Virus record (IMG/VR): IMGVR_UViG_3300045988_127961
Strand: one strand, 5' to 3'
Length of the DNA: 64,000 bases
Source of the DNA: a virus
The stretch's first letter is position 1, and the number at the start of each line of letters is the position of its first letter. Below are positions 39,704-51,578 of the stretch, in pieces. Made by a program: the position numbers and the translations under genes. The notes below the pieces were generated by a model. That model was given only the letters and a program-made list of their open reading frames with translations, was not told the origin of the DNA and ran no database searches.

Positions 39704-39963
39704 TAACCTACCTCAACTTTAATTTCTTTTCTATTGGAATAATTTAAATTATTACTTTCATAAATTTTTGGAATTAATTCATTAATAAAATCTTCAATAC
39801 CATATAAACGTATAGTATCAGTATCGTTTTTATAACAAGATGCTACTAAAACATTTGGAAGATCAGAAATACTACAAGTTCCAATAGTTACTGCCATTCC
39901 GTCATCATAAGTTTTAAAAATATTTTGTTCCATTGAAAATAAATTAATATTACAAACAATCAT
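39703..39963 (-). CDS. Hypothetical protein (86 aa)
   Basis: Intact ORF with TAA stop. Confidence 0.4.
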   Translation of the reverse strand: MIVCNINLFSMEQNIFKTYDDGMAVTIGTCSISDLPNVLVASCYKNDTDTIRLYGIEDFINELIPKIYESNNLNYSNRKEIKVEVG

Positions 39964-40497
39964 TTAATTACACTCCACAATACCAGCATCATATTGGAAT
40001 AAATAAAAACAATAAGATTCATTATCAATATTTATCCAAATTTCAATAGCGCCATTATTATTTTTTTCCCAACCAACAATACTTCCTAATTCTTGACAAA
40101 GTATAATTACCATACTCGCTAAAGAACCAGTTGAAATAATTGGAGGAATATTTTTGTGAAAAATGGTATAATAATTATAATCTTTACATAATAACATATA
40201 ATACATTCCATATTCACTCATTTCATTAATACTACTCATTAATTTATTTAATTCTTCTTTATTAATCGGATCCATTTGTATCATAATATTTTTATTAAAA
40301 TCATATAAATTCATTCCAGTTTGAAATGTAGTAGAATTATCTGACAAATTATTAGTAGTAGTTCCTATCATTACCCATTCATTTCCAGTGTAACAATATT
40401 GTTTCTGATCTTCACCAGAAATGGCAATAGTTCCTTCTTCGAATTTACGAGGAGAATTATATAATTCTCCCATCGTATTAGTATAAAAAACATTCAT
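39964..40497 (-). CDS. Hypothetical protein (177 aa)
   Basis: Intact ORF preceded by a consensus promoter and RBS AGGAG. Confidence 0.45.
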   Translation of the reverse strand: MNVFYTNTMGELYNSPRKFEEGTIAISGEDQKQYCYTGNEWVMIGTTTNNLSDNSTTFQTGMNLYDFNKNIMIQMDPINKEELNKLMSSINEMSEYGMYYMLLCKDYNYYTIFHKNIPPIISTGSLASMVIILCQELGSIVGWEKNNNGAIEIWINIDNESYCFYLFQYDAGIVECN

Positions 40498-40519
40498 TGT
40501 TATATAATCTCCTATCTAT

Positions 40520-40559
40520 TTCATAGAAAAATTATATCACAAATTTTCTTTTTTGTCAA
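40520..40559 (-). promoter_or_regulatory. Sigma70-type promoter, TTGACA-N17-TATAAT
   Basis: Minus-strand TTGACA (plus 40554-40559) and TATAAT (plus 40531-40536) with a 17-nt spacer. Confidence 0.6.
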
Positions 40560-40578
40560 GTTTTAAATTAATAATGTT

Positions 40579-41031
40579 CTAATTGCGAGAACCGCGCAAA
40601 GGTAAAGTAATATCTCTTTCCTTTTGGATATATGGTCCATCAATTAGATAATCAGCAGTTTTTAGTATATTCTTAATTCTAATATTATTACTATTCTTTA
40701 AATCATCATAAACATATCCAGTCCATATATATATTTTAATGTTTGGATATATTTTTTTAATTTCAGTAATAACTAAATTAGTTAAAAATTCGTTTTCAGG
40801 GCAGAGAGGTTCTCCACCCATAATACAAAGATTACGCGCAACATTATTCGCATTAATAGCAGTAATTAATTCATCTAATACTTTATTAGTAAATTCTTTG
40901 CCACCATTAAAATCCCACGTTTCAGGATTCTGACATCCTTCACAATGGTGCGGGCACCCTTGTGTAAAAAATGATACACATACTCCGGGTGCCGCCGCCA
41001 AATCATTCTTTATAATTCCTGCATATTTCAT
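40579..41031 (-). CDS. nrdG: Anaerobic ribonucleotide reductase activating protein (radical SAM)
   Basis: CPHHCEGC cluster. ATGA overlap with the nrdD stop. Confidence 0.75.
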   Translation of the reverse strand: MKYAGIIKNDLAAAPGVCVSFFTQGCPHHCEGCQNPETWDFNGGKEFTNKVLDELITAINANNVARNLCIMGGEPLCPENEFLTNLVITEIKKIYPNIKIYIWTGYVYDDLKNSNNIRIKNILKTADYLIDGPYIQKERDITLPLRGSRN

Positions 41032-43364
41032 TCTAATGCTCCTGTATGTTTTACTCTTGCTTCAACTTCTTTTTGTTTACCCCAGTTAAAAGCAGTTTTA
41101 TAATTGCCTGTAAGATAGCCAGTTACACGACGTAATTGCTGAATATTATGGCTTCCACACACTGGGCAAGAATCATTAAATTCATCACAATAACCGCATT
41201 CAAGGCAAGTGTCATTAGGAACATTTACTGCGAAATAAGGAATATCATGATCCATAGCATAATTAACAATAGTTTCAAGAGCATCAATATTATGTTTTAC
41301 AGTAGAATCAAGTTCAACATAAGTGATACATCCTGCGGATGAATAACCAGTCAGCTCAGATTCAATATCAATTTTTTCAAATGGACTCATTTCTTTCCAC
41401 ACCGGAACATGAATACTGTTAGTGAAAAATTCTCTATCACTAACATTAGGGATAATTCCATACCTTTCTTTAAATTTCGTCATAGCTGTATAACAAAGAT
41501 TTTCTGCTGGAGTATAGTATACACCAAAATTTAATTTATATTTTTCTTTGTATTCAGCGCATCTTTCTTTAAATAATTGTTCAATTTGTTTAGCTAATTC
41601 CATTCCTTCTGAAGTGGTGTGGTCTTTACCAATAAGAATTTGAAGAGTTTCTGCCAAACCTAACTGACCAATAGCAAGAGTTCCATGCTTAAGAGCAGAA
41701 CGAATTCCCTCTTCTGGGATATAGCCTGCCATAACGTTATTTTCATACATAAATTTCGCGGAACCTGGATCTTGAGAACAAATCCACTCAAAACGCTCCA
41801 TTAATTGAATACGCGCTTCATTGATTTTTCTATCGAGTAAAGACATAAATCGTTCTACGCCAATTTTAGTCCGTTCTTCTTGAGACAATGATTTATAGTC
41901 ATCCCAATTATCATTTTCATTTAGAGTAACGGCCATCATCGCTAGAGTAGGAAGAATAATAGTAACTGGACAAATATTTCCACGTCCATCTTTAAGCTGG
42001 CCGAATCCATTAATATCCCATCCATTCGCGGTTCTGCATCCCATCGTAGAAAAATAAGTGCGAGGATCATTAATATCATATCCAGCATTACCGGACCAAT
42101 CAACATTTGCATAATTAGGATAAAGGCGTCTTGCGGTGCTTTCTAATGCTAATCTATATAAATCATAGTTAGGATCACCAGGTTTGCGGTTAACACCTTT
42201 CATACATTGGAAAATTCCACAAGGGAAAATCGAAGTTTTATGAAGTTTACCAAGACCTTCAATAGAAACATCTAATAACGCCTTAGTCACCATTCTGCCT
42301 TCTGGTAAGGTGCAAGTGCCATAATTAATACTCGTAAATGGTAATTGGTTACCGCTACGAGACTGTAAAGTATTAAGATTATGGTAAAGACCTTCTGCAG
42401 CTTGATGAGTCTCACGGACAGTCATATCATAGGCATAATCATAAGCCTTTTTATAAGTTTCAGAAGCTAATAAATAACTAACTGCATTTTCTTCTTCAGT
42501 TTTTGTTGTGGCATTTCGGTATGATTGAATAGGCATTTTTGATGTGTCTAAATCTCCTAATACATTATTAACAATATAGTTATAATCATTAGGACTATAT
42601 AAGTATTTAACTCCATCTTTAAAATGCTTCCAAAAAGATTTTCTTACATAAGGAACCATAGTCCAATCTAAGTGAGTGGCACTAACTCCGCCAAACTAAC
42701 AAAGACTTTGGATTTGAAAAATAACAGCAATTAATTGAAATGCTGTATTAATTGAACCCGCAGGACGAACATCTGCTTGACGAGTATTAAATCCATTAGC
42801 AAGCAAATTATCAAAAGGAATACTTAAACAGTTATGAGAACCAACATAATAAGAATCAAGATCGTGAGTATATATCATATTATCAATATGATTCTTACGA
42901 GCCATAGGGGAAAGTAAGTAATCAAGTGCAAGTTGTTTGGTGACAACACCACTTGCTTCACCTATACGACCACCGAATGAATGTTCATCAACATTAGCAT
43001 TTTGATTTTTTACGTTATTACCATCGAGCTTTTCACGAATTGCTTTAATAAAATCATCTTTTTTATTACGAGCAACTTCTTTTTTATATCTATATCTGAT
43101 ATAAGCACGAGCAACATCGCGTCGCTCAGAACGCATTAAATAATCTTCAATCCAATCTTGAAGATCTTCTACTCCAACACTTCCATCGGGGAAATGATTT
43201 ATTTGTCTTTCAATGTCTTCCGCGATATCTTTTGCGGTATCATCTTCATATAGTTTACCATCAACTTCAATAAATGCTTTATTTATTGCGTTAATAATTT
43301 TCTTTTTATTAAATTGAGTTATACTTCCATCACGTTTAATAATATACAATTTTTTTGCCTCCAA
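41028..43364 (-). CDS. nrdD: Anaerobic ribonucleoside-triphosphate reductase (778 aa). One in-frame TAG at 42696-42698 joins ORF-track fragments 42696..43364 and 41028..42659.
   Basis: N-terminal ATP-cone (IIKRDGSITQFNKKKI). C-terminal Zn ribbon CLECGYCDEF...CPVCGS and glycyl-radical motif RVTGYL. Both fragments are in the same frame with no other stop between them. Confidence 0.75.
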
Positions 43365-43365
43365 A

Positions 43366-43406
43366 CTAAATATAGTAGTTCTTTTAGAATATTCTACTAT
43401 ATTTAG
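43366..43406 (-). terminator. Hairpin with a 13-bp perfect stem downstream of the kinase gene
   Basis: CTAAATATAGTAG / CTACTATATTTAG. Confidence 0.45.
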
Positions 43407-43423
43407 GTTTTGTTAGTAAATAA

Positions 43424-43999
43424 TTATTTATCTTGGTCCATTTCCGCCCATTGCTTAACTTTTTGAGTTAAAAGATTAACAATATTATTATAATCTTCTA
43501 ATGTTTCATTTGTCACAACATTGCACTTAATATCATTCATTAGCTAAAATTGAATTTCATCAGTAGTATATCTTCTAATGATTTCATTTACATCAGGATT
43601 TTTTTCTCTATTTAATTGCCTAATTAAGCGTGTCTTTCCTTTAGCGGTAATATAATATATCTCCAATTCAATTCTATCATCTTTAAGAAGACTTATAATT
43701 CCTTCAGGATTAAAAACACCAATATTAACTTTACTATCAGACAAACTATCAATACTTGTGCCATAATACCAATTATTAAAAGAAGTGGTTTCTAACATTT
43801 TATTTTCATCAATTAAAGTTAAAAACTGGTCATCTGAAACAAAATGATAATTTTTGTCTGCTATTTCTTTTTCACGCTTCGGGCGCGTAGTGTGGCTTAT
43901 AATAGGATTTAAATATTCCTCTAAGTGGGAAAAGGTAGCCATCATTAGGCTATCTTTTCCCGCACCAGATTTTCCACATAATGCAATAATTTTATACAT
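43424..43999 (-). CDS. Guanylate-kinase-like nucleotide kinase (191 aa). One in-frame TAG at 43544.
   Basis: RBS AAGGAGG inside the polymerase 3' end. P-loop GKSGAGKDS and SHTTRPKREKE motif. ORF-track fragment 43544..44029 continues through TAG to TAA at 43424. Confidence 0.5.
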
Positions 44000-46900
44000 C
44001 TTCTTCAATTCCTCCTTGATAACGAGCATCTTTTAAAACTAAATCGCCATTAGATAAAATTTCATCAATTTTATATAATTGATGCCCTCCAGAAGAAGCA
44101 TATTTTTTTGACATGAAATTATCTCCATTGCGGATTCCAGAGACTACAATCATATTTCCGCGATTAAACCAAGATTTTTCAACAATATGTTTGGTTCCAT
44201 CTGCACCGCGCTCTGAAATTTGTTTATCAAACAAACTAAAATATTCTTTTCTAAATTTTACTTCTACAGGACCAGTAGTAGTAAGGATAGTTACGGTACT
44301 TTTAGTTTTATTTTTGGCAATACAAGTTCCGCAAATTTTAAATAACTTATAAATATGAATAGTATGATTTCCTTTAGTAAAACTTCTATCAATTATTGGG
44401 TCTTCTGGAAGTTTAAAGAAATCTACAAATCCATATTTATCATTGTTAATATTGTTTAATTCATGAGTATGATAATAATAACAAAGAACTTCCATTTCCC
44501 AAGCGGATAGATTATTTTTATTAGCGTATTTATCCCAATCATCTTTAAATATTTTTATATTCAGATTATTCAAAATTTCATCTTTATTATTAGCAATCCA
44601 AGTGCGAAATATATCCATCCACTTTTGGTATATACCATTCCAAATATTTTCACTTAAAGAATAATTAGTTCCATCAAATTGAATATTATTATCTTCTCCA
44701 ATTTCTACTAAGAAATTAATAGCTCGTTCATCAAGTTGATATAAACCATTATTTTTTGTAGTTTTACAAATTGCTTTTAAATATCTATTAAATTCATAAA
44801 TACGGCGAGCCATAATTTGATTTTCATTTTCTTCTGGAAGAAGATCATACTTCATAAGTCCGCCCATATTTTGAAGAGTAATTCTTTTCTTTTTGTCGCA
44901 AGTTTCCCAAATATACCAAATCATTAATTCTTTTCTATCCATCATATTATCAAAAGCTCCGCCTTTAATAAGAGAAATCATAGCTTGTTTACCTGGCTTA
45001 ATACGATATAAAAATTCTTTAGGATTTGAATAAGGGCGATTGGCAATGATTGTATTAACTAATTCATCACCAACATTTAGCATACCTTTTAGTCCAAAAA
45101 GGATTTTATTATTTTCAATATCAGGGGCAAATCCAAATTTAGATTTGTTAATATCAGGAAGACCTACTTCAATTCCTGCTTTTTGAATGTCACTAATAGC
45201 CTTGGCAATTTTTCCATAATCAGTAGCCGCGGTTTTGCGGATTTTGCCACTTTTGTCAGGAAGATCTTCAAATGTTACTCCATTAGCTAAATCATCGCCT
45301 TCAGGAGCATAAATATCGACAATCTCTTCTTCGCTATTATCTTCAAGGGAACCACTATTAACAATTAAACAAGCGGTATCCCAATAGATAGGATTAAAAT
45401 GAATTACTAAGTAAATCATTTGAATTGCTACAAATGAATAAGGAAGGGAATGGTTAAGGCTAAATGCATATCCTAATTGAGGAGCAACTGCAATTTCCCA
45501 AAAGTATTCAGCAGATTTTTCATTATCAAATTTACTAAATACTTGTTCTCTCAGTTGTGGAATTTTAGCCATTTGCTTTTTAGCAACAATCTTACGCGCA
45601 GTATTAGCTTCACCAAGAGTAAAATGAGCTACATCCATAAGGATTTCCATCATTTGCTCTTGAATAGGACAACATCCATAATATTTATCACAATGCTTAT
45701 GCATCTTATCAATTAATTCTTGTGGAAGATGCTGAGCCTTCATTTCATCATCAAATACTTTAATACCCGAATGTTGAATGCGATAATATCTATCTTGCTG
45801 TGATTCCTTGCCTTTTTCAGACATAAGACGCATCATAGCATTTGCCGCCGTCATTTCCATAGGGTCTTGGGGTTTAAGACGTTTCGCAATTGCTAAACCA
45901 ACTCCCGTAGAAAATTGGAATACATCTAATACATCACCCGCGGCAAGGTGGTCCCAAATTGCTTGGTCAGTTGTATCTATTACTTCTGGATGAATATATT
46001 TATTATAGAATTCTCGTAAAGATAATTCTGGAATTTGTTTATCTTTTAGAAGTAATTGATAACAAGTAATAATTTTGTCAGAAGCTTCAGTTACAAGGAA
46101 GTCATATTTTGTATCTCCCGCGGCTTCCGCTTTATGAAGATCCCAACAAGTAATCATATCTCCACTAGGAGTTCTCATAAATGATGCTGTATCAAATGGA
46201 TCGTCACCATACAAAATAACGCCAGAAGCATGAGAAGAACGTTTATTAACCATTCCTTCAATATATACAATAATATTCAAAAGACCAGGATATTGGTTTA
46301 CTTCTCGAATAAATGCTTGAACGGGTTTACGGTCTTTTTCTTCATTACCATAAATAACATCATGGATAGGCCATAAAAATCCACGCTCTTGGGGAATTAA
46401 TGAAGACATATATTGAGCATTATCAACATCAATTCCTTCTGGAAATTCTTCACTTCTATATCCACGACAAGCAGTTAAAATACTTTGTTTAGTGCCTTCA
46501 GTTCCAAATGTAGCAACTTGAACCAATCCCAATTCTCCGCGTTCTTTTCTAATTGCTTTAAAAATTGCGGGACGCTTACTTGGGGCAAGGTCAATATCAA
46601 TATCGGGCAATTCCGCGCGCTCCTTATTTAAAAATCTCCAATAAGGAAGTCCCCAACGAATTGGGTCTAATTGAGTAATACCTAAAAGATAATTAGATAA
46701 AAAGCCAGTCGCAGAACCACGTCCAGGACCTACAATACTTCCACATTCCCAAAATAAATTAATATAATGTTGGAAAGTATTAAAATAAGCAAAAAGACAG
46801 TCATCTAATTTTTCGCCAATATCTTTTATGATATCAGCTTCAATTTCAAGTCGTTCCAAATAATTTTTATTATTATAAAGTTGCTTTTCTTGTAAAGCTT

Positions 46901-47982
46901 TAATACATTCATTTACCCAATATCGTTCTTGAATATTGTCGCTATTAATTAAAGAACAGATAATTGGATATTTATCGAACCAATTTGAAGGAATAAATCC
47001 TTTCTTATAATCCTTTACTTCAACTTTTGGAATAATTTGTTTTCTTTCTAATGAATAAAAAGAAATTTTATTTTGGATCTCTTGAGTGTTATCAAGAATC
47101 CAATTTATCAATTCTTTTCCTGTTTTATTACCTTTATCCCAATCATTAGCATAAGGTTCCATTAATTCAAAAATTTCATCACTCGTCATTAAGTAAGTAA
47201 ATTTATAAAAATCGTCAACTTCTCTTTCTCCTGGCTTAGAAGTAAGATATGCTTTATGAATGGATCTATCGTCTTTAGTTAAATAATGCGCATCTGTTCC
47301 AACTACCATTTTTAAATCAAATGCCTTGGCGATTTGATAAATTTTATGATTTACAATTATTTGCTCAGCATCAGTAGATGGCGCACATTCAAGATAAAAA
47401 TCATCTTTTCCAAATACTTTAATACAAAAATTGATATAATCAATTATTTGATTATAATATTTAGTTTGAGTTTCAATATCTTTGTTTAATTCAGCTTGGA
47501 ACATTGGTAAAATACAACTCCCAAGTTCTCCACCAATACAAGCAGTTGTTGCTATAACATGCCCTTTATATTGTTCCATTACCATTTCAAGTTCACTTTT
47601 TAAAGTAGGAACTCGTTCCATACGTCTATCAACATAACTATGAATCCAAGCAATAGAACTTAATTCTCTTAACGCTTTATGTCCAATGGCATCTTTAGCA
47701 ATAAGAATAAAGTGGTAATATTTTTGTCCGTTATCTCTTGTATCAGTGAGATAAATTTCATTACCAAGAGCAATAGTAAAATCAGGATTTTCTTCTCTTA
47801 TTTTTTTTGCATATTGATTTACTTCCATATGCGCAGAAAGGCATTCATGGTCTGTAATAGTTATTCCTGATAGGCCTAATTCTATCGCTTTGTCAATAAG
47901 AGCTTGTGGTCTATTAATACAGTCAAAGTAAGCGGAGATTCGAATACATAGTATGATTATGGATACCAAAATATGATCTCAT
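43992..47982 (-). CDS. DNA polymerase III alpha-type (DnaE-like, PHP domain) replicative polymerase, about 1330 aa. No TAG. An apparent +1 frameshift lies near 47922-47928.
   Basis: ATG 47982 gives MRSYFGIHNHTMYSNLRLL then TGA. The +1 frame continues DCINRPQALIDKAIELGLSGITITDHE... Together these reproduce the PHP motif (HxH..YS..D, AITDH). Confidence 0.75.
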
Positions 47983-48644
47983 TCTAACTCCAGCCCTCCT
48001 TCCAAATTCATTATTTTATCAATAAAATAATCTGAAGTAGTATTTGTTTTTATTTTAAAAGCATTCCATTCTTCCATTGTCATATCTCTTTTTGAAAAAT
48101 TTTCATAAACTGTTAAAAATTGATAATTTTCTAATTTTTCTTCTCCACCTTTGGAGATTGGAATTATATGATCTAAGCTAGGTTTGGCCCAATCATAAAA
48201 TGTTTTATTTTTATTCTTATTATTATTCCAAAATTGGTATACTTTATTAAATTGTTTATCTTGCCAAAAATATCTTATAATAGTTTTATATTCTTCAATA
48301 TGATTATTATAATAAAGCAAATCTCTATGAGTAATTCTTAATGCTTTATGTAAAAATAAATATTTTTCAAAATCTTCTTTAAATTCATTAAGAAAATCTT
48401 CTTCAACTTCTATATAAGTTGTTGCTTGGAAAGCTTTTTTCTTTCTATCACAACCACAACTAGTTTGGGTATAATTCCCATTCCCTGTTAAATATGAAGT
48501 AGGCACTTTACAATAATTGCCGCATTCACATTTACACAGCCAATAATTTCCATGGGTTTGTGTCGGACGTTCTTCTATTGAGCAAAGACGTATAACTTTT
48601 AATTTTCCAATTTGTTTATCAGTTAAGTCATATTTTGTAGCCAT
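47979..48644 (-). CDS. HNH endonuclease with an N-terminal Cys cluster (221 aa)
   Basis: DHIIPISKGGEEKLENYQFLTVYEN is an HNH motif. CKCECG...CGC. Overlaps the polymerase start. Confidence 0.65.
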   Translation of the reverse strand: MATKYDLTDKQIGKLKVIRLCSIEERPTQTHGNYWLCKCECGNYCKVPTSYLTGNGNYTQTSCGCDRKKKAFQATTYIEVEEDFLNEFKEDFEKYLFLHKALRITHRDLLYYNNHIEEYKTIIRYFWQDKQFNKVYQFWNNNKNKNKTFYDWAKPSLDHIIPISKGGEEKLENYQFLTVYENFSKRDMTMEEWNAFKIKTNTTSDYFIDKIMNLEGGLELE

Positions 48645-48746
48645 AAAAAATCTCCTTTAATTTTGTTATATTATTTGAAAATCTAACAATAGAAATTTTT
48701 TAAGGTTGCCCGATTTTCATTTATATTTATATAATATCATATTATT

Positions 48747-48999
48747 TAATAATAATCAAATCGAGAGATATAATTATCGCATATACTACGAATATCTTTT
48801 AAAAAATCAGCAAATTCCCTTGACCGAGATGATATCTTATGCATATTATCACAAACCATAGAATTTAATGTATCTAATTCTACATTTAAGTCATGGGTAA
48901 AAAGTTCTAAATTAGAATTTAAATCCTAAGCTAAATCCGCGTCTTTAAGAAACATATTATTTTCAAGTATAGCATTAATACTTGAATTTAAATTAGATG
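48747..48999 (-). CDS. Hypothetical small protein (84 aa), one TAG
   Basis: RBS AAGGAAG. ATG 48999. Confidence 0.35.
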
Positions 49000-49010
49000 T
49001 ATTTAACATA

Positions 49011-50204
49011 TTACTTCCTTATAATTACTAATTTATCACTGGCTCTAGTAGCCATAGTATATAAATATTTTTTATGTTCTTCTCGATCAAAAGGATGATT
49101 TTCTTCAAATCCTAATACTTTTCCATACTCACTACCTTGTGCTTTCCAACAGGTAATAGCGTAAGCATAGGAGAAATCAAGTGGAGGATCGAGGCATTGT
49201 TTATTATTTCTTAATTGATAGCATTGGCTACCTGTAAGAGTCCCTTCACCGGTGATAAGTTGTTTATAATCAATTGGAGTCCCACAAAATTTATCTCCAT
49301 CGCTTAAAACAATTTGAGTAAACATATAAGTAATAGGAACTTCTGAAATATAATAAGGGACTCGAATGTCTTCAGTATAAAAATCTTCAATAGTTCCAAC
49401 AGTGCCATTAGTTAAGGCCCATACTCGATTCTCAGACATAAAATCCCAGTTATTATGTAACCCAATAATTTTATCTCCAATTTGAGGGACATTAGGATCA
49501 AACCCTTTTCTTAATCGGACTACATTATTAATTTTAGTTCTCGTAGCATTTTTAGCACAAATAATCTAATCTGCCCAATCGTACATTTCAGGTATAACTT
49601 GACTTTTATCATATACTCTTACTTGTTTTCCTTCTGGACGATAAGAAATTAAAGATTTGCCTTCTCTAATCCACATTGAAAAACGAATAATTTCACTATC
49701 TTGCGCTTGACGCATAATTTCATCGAGAAAAATATGTGGTTTATCTAATACACGATTATTTTCATTAGGATCTACAGGAGGTAATTGACCTGGATCGCCG
49801 GCCGCAATAATATAAATACCATGGGTTAGCATTAAGTCCCATAACTTTTTAGGAAGCATTGATACTTCATCGACAACAATTACTTTATATTGGGCTAATT
49901 CACTGTTATCTTTTGGAAAAAATTTAAAAGTTCCATTAGCCATCATTTTAGCTTTATATAAAAGTTTATGCGCGGTTGTCGCATTCGGGCAACCCTTTTG
50001 TTGAAGCACAGTCGCAGCTTTACCTGTAAATGCTACATAACAAACTTCTTCTTCTGGATCAACATCAAGAGCAGAAATAATAAATTTAATCAAAGTGCTC
50101 TTTCCGCTTCCCGCGTATCCCGCTATACAAGTCCAACGCTCATGGGCGTAATAGCGCTCAACCGCAATTTTCAATCCTTCTTCTTGTTTACGAGTTAATT
50201 CCAT
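49011..50204 (-). CDS. RecD/Dda-like SF1 helicase (about 398 aa). One in-frame TAG at 49566 joins the two ORF-track fragments.
   Basis: Walker A GYAGSGKST, VVDEVSM and AAGDPGQLPPV. C-terminal AITCWKAQGSEYGKV and TMATRASDKLVII. The 49440-49565 bridge has no stops. Confidence 0.65.
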
Positions 50205-50409
50205 TTTCACACTCTCCAGGGTTTAATCTATAATATTTATTTTCATCAGCTATAAAATAATCACAAGCCCATTTTAATGTTCCATAAACACCTGTCGTAT
50301 GTCTATCTATATTATCTAATTTAGAAATTAATTCTTGAGCTTTATTATAATAAGAACAATTTTCATAATTAGAACAATAATTACATTGTTCTTTCCAGTA
50401 AATCCACAT
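50188..50409 (-). CDS. Small Cys-rich protein (73 aa)
   Basis: Intact ORF. CNYCSNYENCSYYN. Confidence 0.35.
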   Translation of the reverse strand: MWIYWKEQCNYCSNYENCSYYNKAQELISKLDNIDRHTTGVYGTLKWACDYFIADENKYYRLNPGECENGINS

Positions 50410-50687
50410 TAATCATGTTCTCCAATTGCTTCATTAAGAATTTGGTAAAAACGTATACAATCTCTTTCATAAAGGTCTCTAGCCGCGTTTTCAGCTTCTC
50501 TTTTAGAATATCCTTTACTATTAATATACATTTCAATATCTTCCTTCATAGCTTTATAGCGGGCTAATTGATATCTATAACAAAGACTATCATATATATA
50601 ACCTTTAGTATGTTTTTCTCTTTCTTCAAAAAATTCTAAATTATTATCGTATTTATGAGCTTTATCAACCATTTCTTTTAAATCCAT
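50409..50687 (-). CDS. Hypothetical protein (92 aa)
   Basis: Intact ORF. Confidence 0.35.
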   Translation of the reverse strand: MDLKEMVDKAHKYDNNLEFFEEREKHTKGYIYDSLCYRYQLARYKAMKEDIEMYINSKGYSKREAENAARDLYERDCIRFYQILNEAIGEHD

Positions 50688-50690
50688 ATT

Positions 50691-51005
50691 TTATACCTCT
50701 TTAAAATCAACATCTTCGGGTTCATCTATATCAAATAATTCAAATAGCATTGGGATAGTTGCAACACAAGCATTAACTTCATCATTACAACAATTATTTA
50801 AAAAATTCGAGGTAACAATACCTGCTACAAAACAAGCAAAATCTTTATGATTCTAATTAAATTTTTTTACAAGAGATTCTAACTCTTCTTCGTTTAAAGA
50901 AAGTAAATAATCCTTTGAAAATTGTTTCTAATATTTAGTTAAATAACTATTCCATTCTATATAAGACCTTAAAATCTTTTTATAACATAAAGATGGACTA
51001 CCCAT
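50691..51005 (-). CDS. Hypothetical protein (104 aa), two TAGs
   Basis: ATG 51005. Acidic C-terminus. Confidence 0.3.
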
Positions 51006-51068
51006 AATATTTTTCTTCTTTCTTCATTTATATTTATATAATACCATATTTTAATTATTTAGTCAAAT

Positions 51069-51515
51069 TTAGAATATAATAAAGTCATTATCTGTATTGT
51101 CAGCTTTAATTATCATAGGTGGTCCAAAAGAAATAGTTTTTGTGCGTGGCTGGTTAGATTCAGAAAAAATTTCAGATTTAAGTTTTTCCCCAAAAATTTC
51201 TAAATCACTTTTTTCATTTGACTTGTCGGTTTCTTCGTCTGTTCCCGGCCCGAGCAACCACCCTTTTTCTTTATAACCAGGGGTAGAAGCTTTAATCCAT
51301 AAGTCTGCGATTTCATCTAATACCTTGAACAAATCGTCTTTAGAAGAAATTCCCAGTTCATTTAATTGTTTATTTATTCTATTATTCACTTCATTATATG
51401 TATACCCATATGACCCTAAAGATTCTAAAATCTCGTGCAGGGCTTCACCACTTTTTTGTGGGGTTGCCTAATATATCATATTAATGTCATCAGCATAATA
51501 ATTAAATTTTCCCAT
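51069..51515 (-). CDS. Hypothetical protein (148 aa), one TAG
   Basis: RBS GGAG. The ORF-track fragment is extended upstream through TAG to ATG 51515. Confidence 0.4.
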
Positions 51516-51540
51516 AATCTACTCCATAAATGAAAATAAT

Positions 51541-51572
51541 GGCTATATGAAGAAATAAATCTTCATATAGCC
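51541..51572 (-). terminator. Hairpin terminator with a 13-bp perfect stem
   Basis: GGCTATATGAAGA / TCTTCATATAGCC downstream of the lysozyme-like gene. Confidence 0.55.
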
Positions 51573-51578
51573 GTAAAA

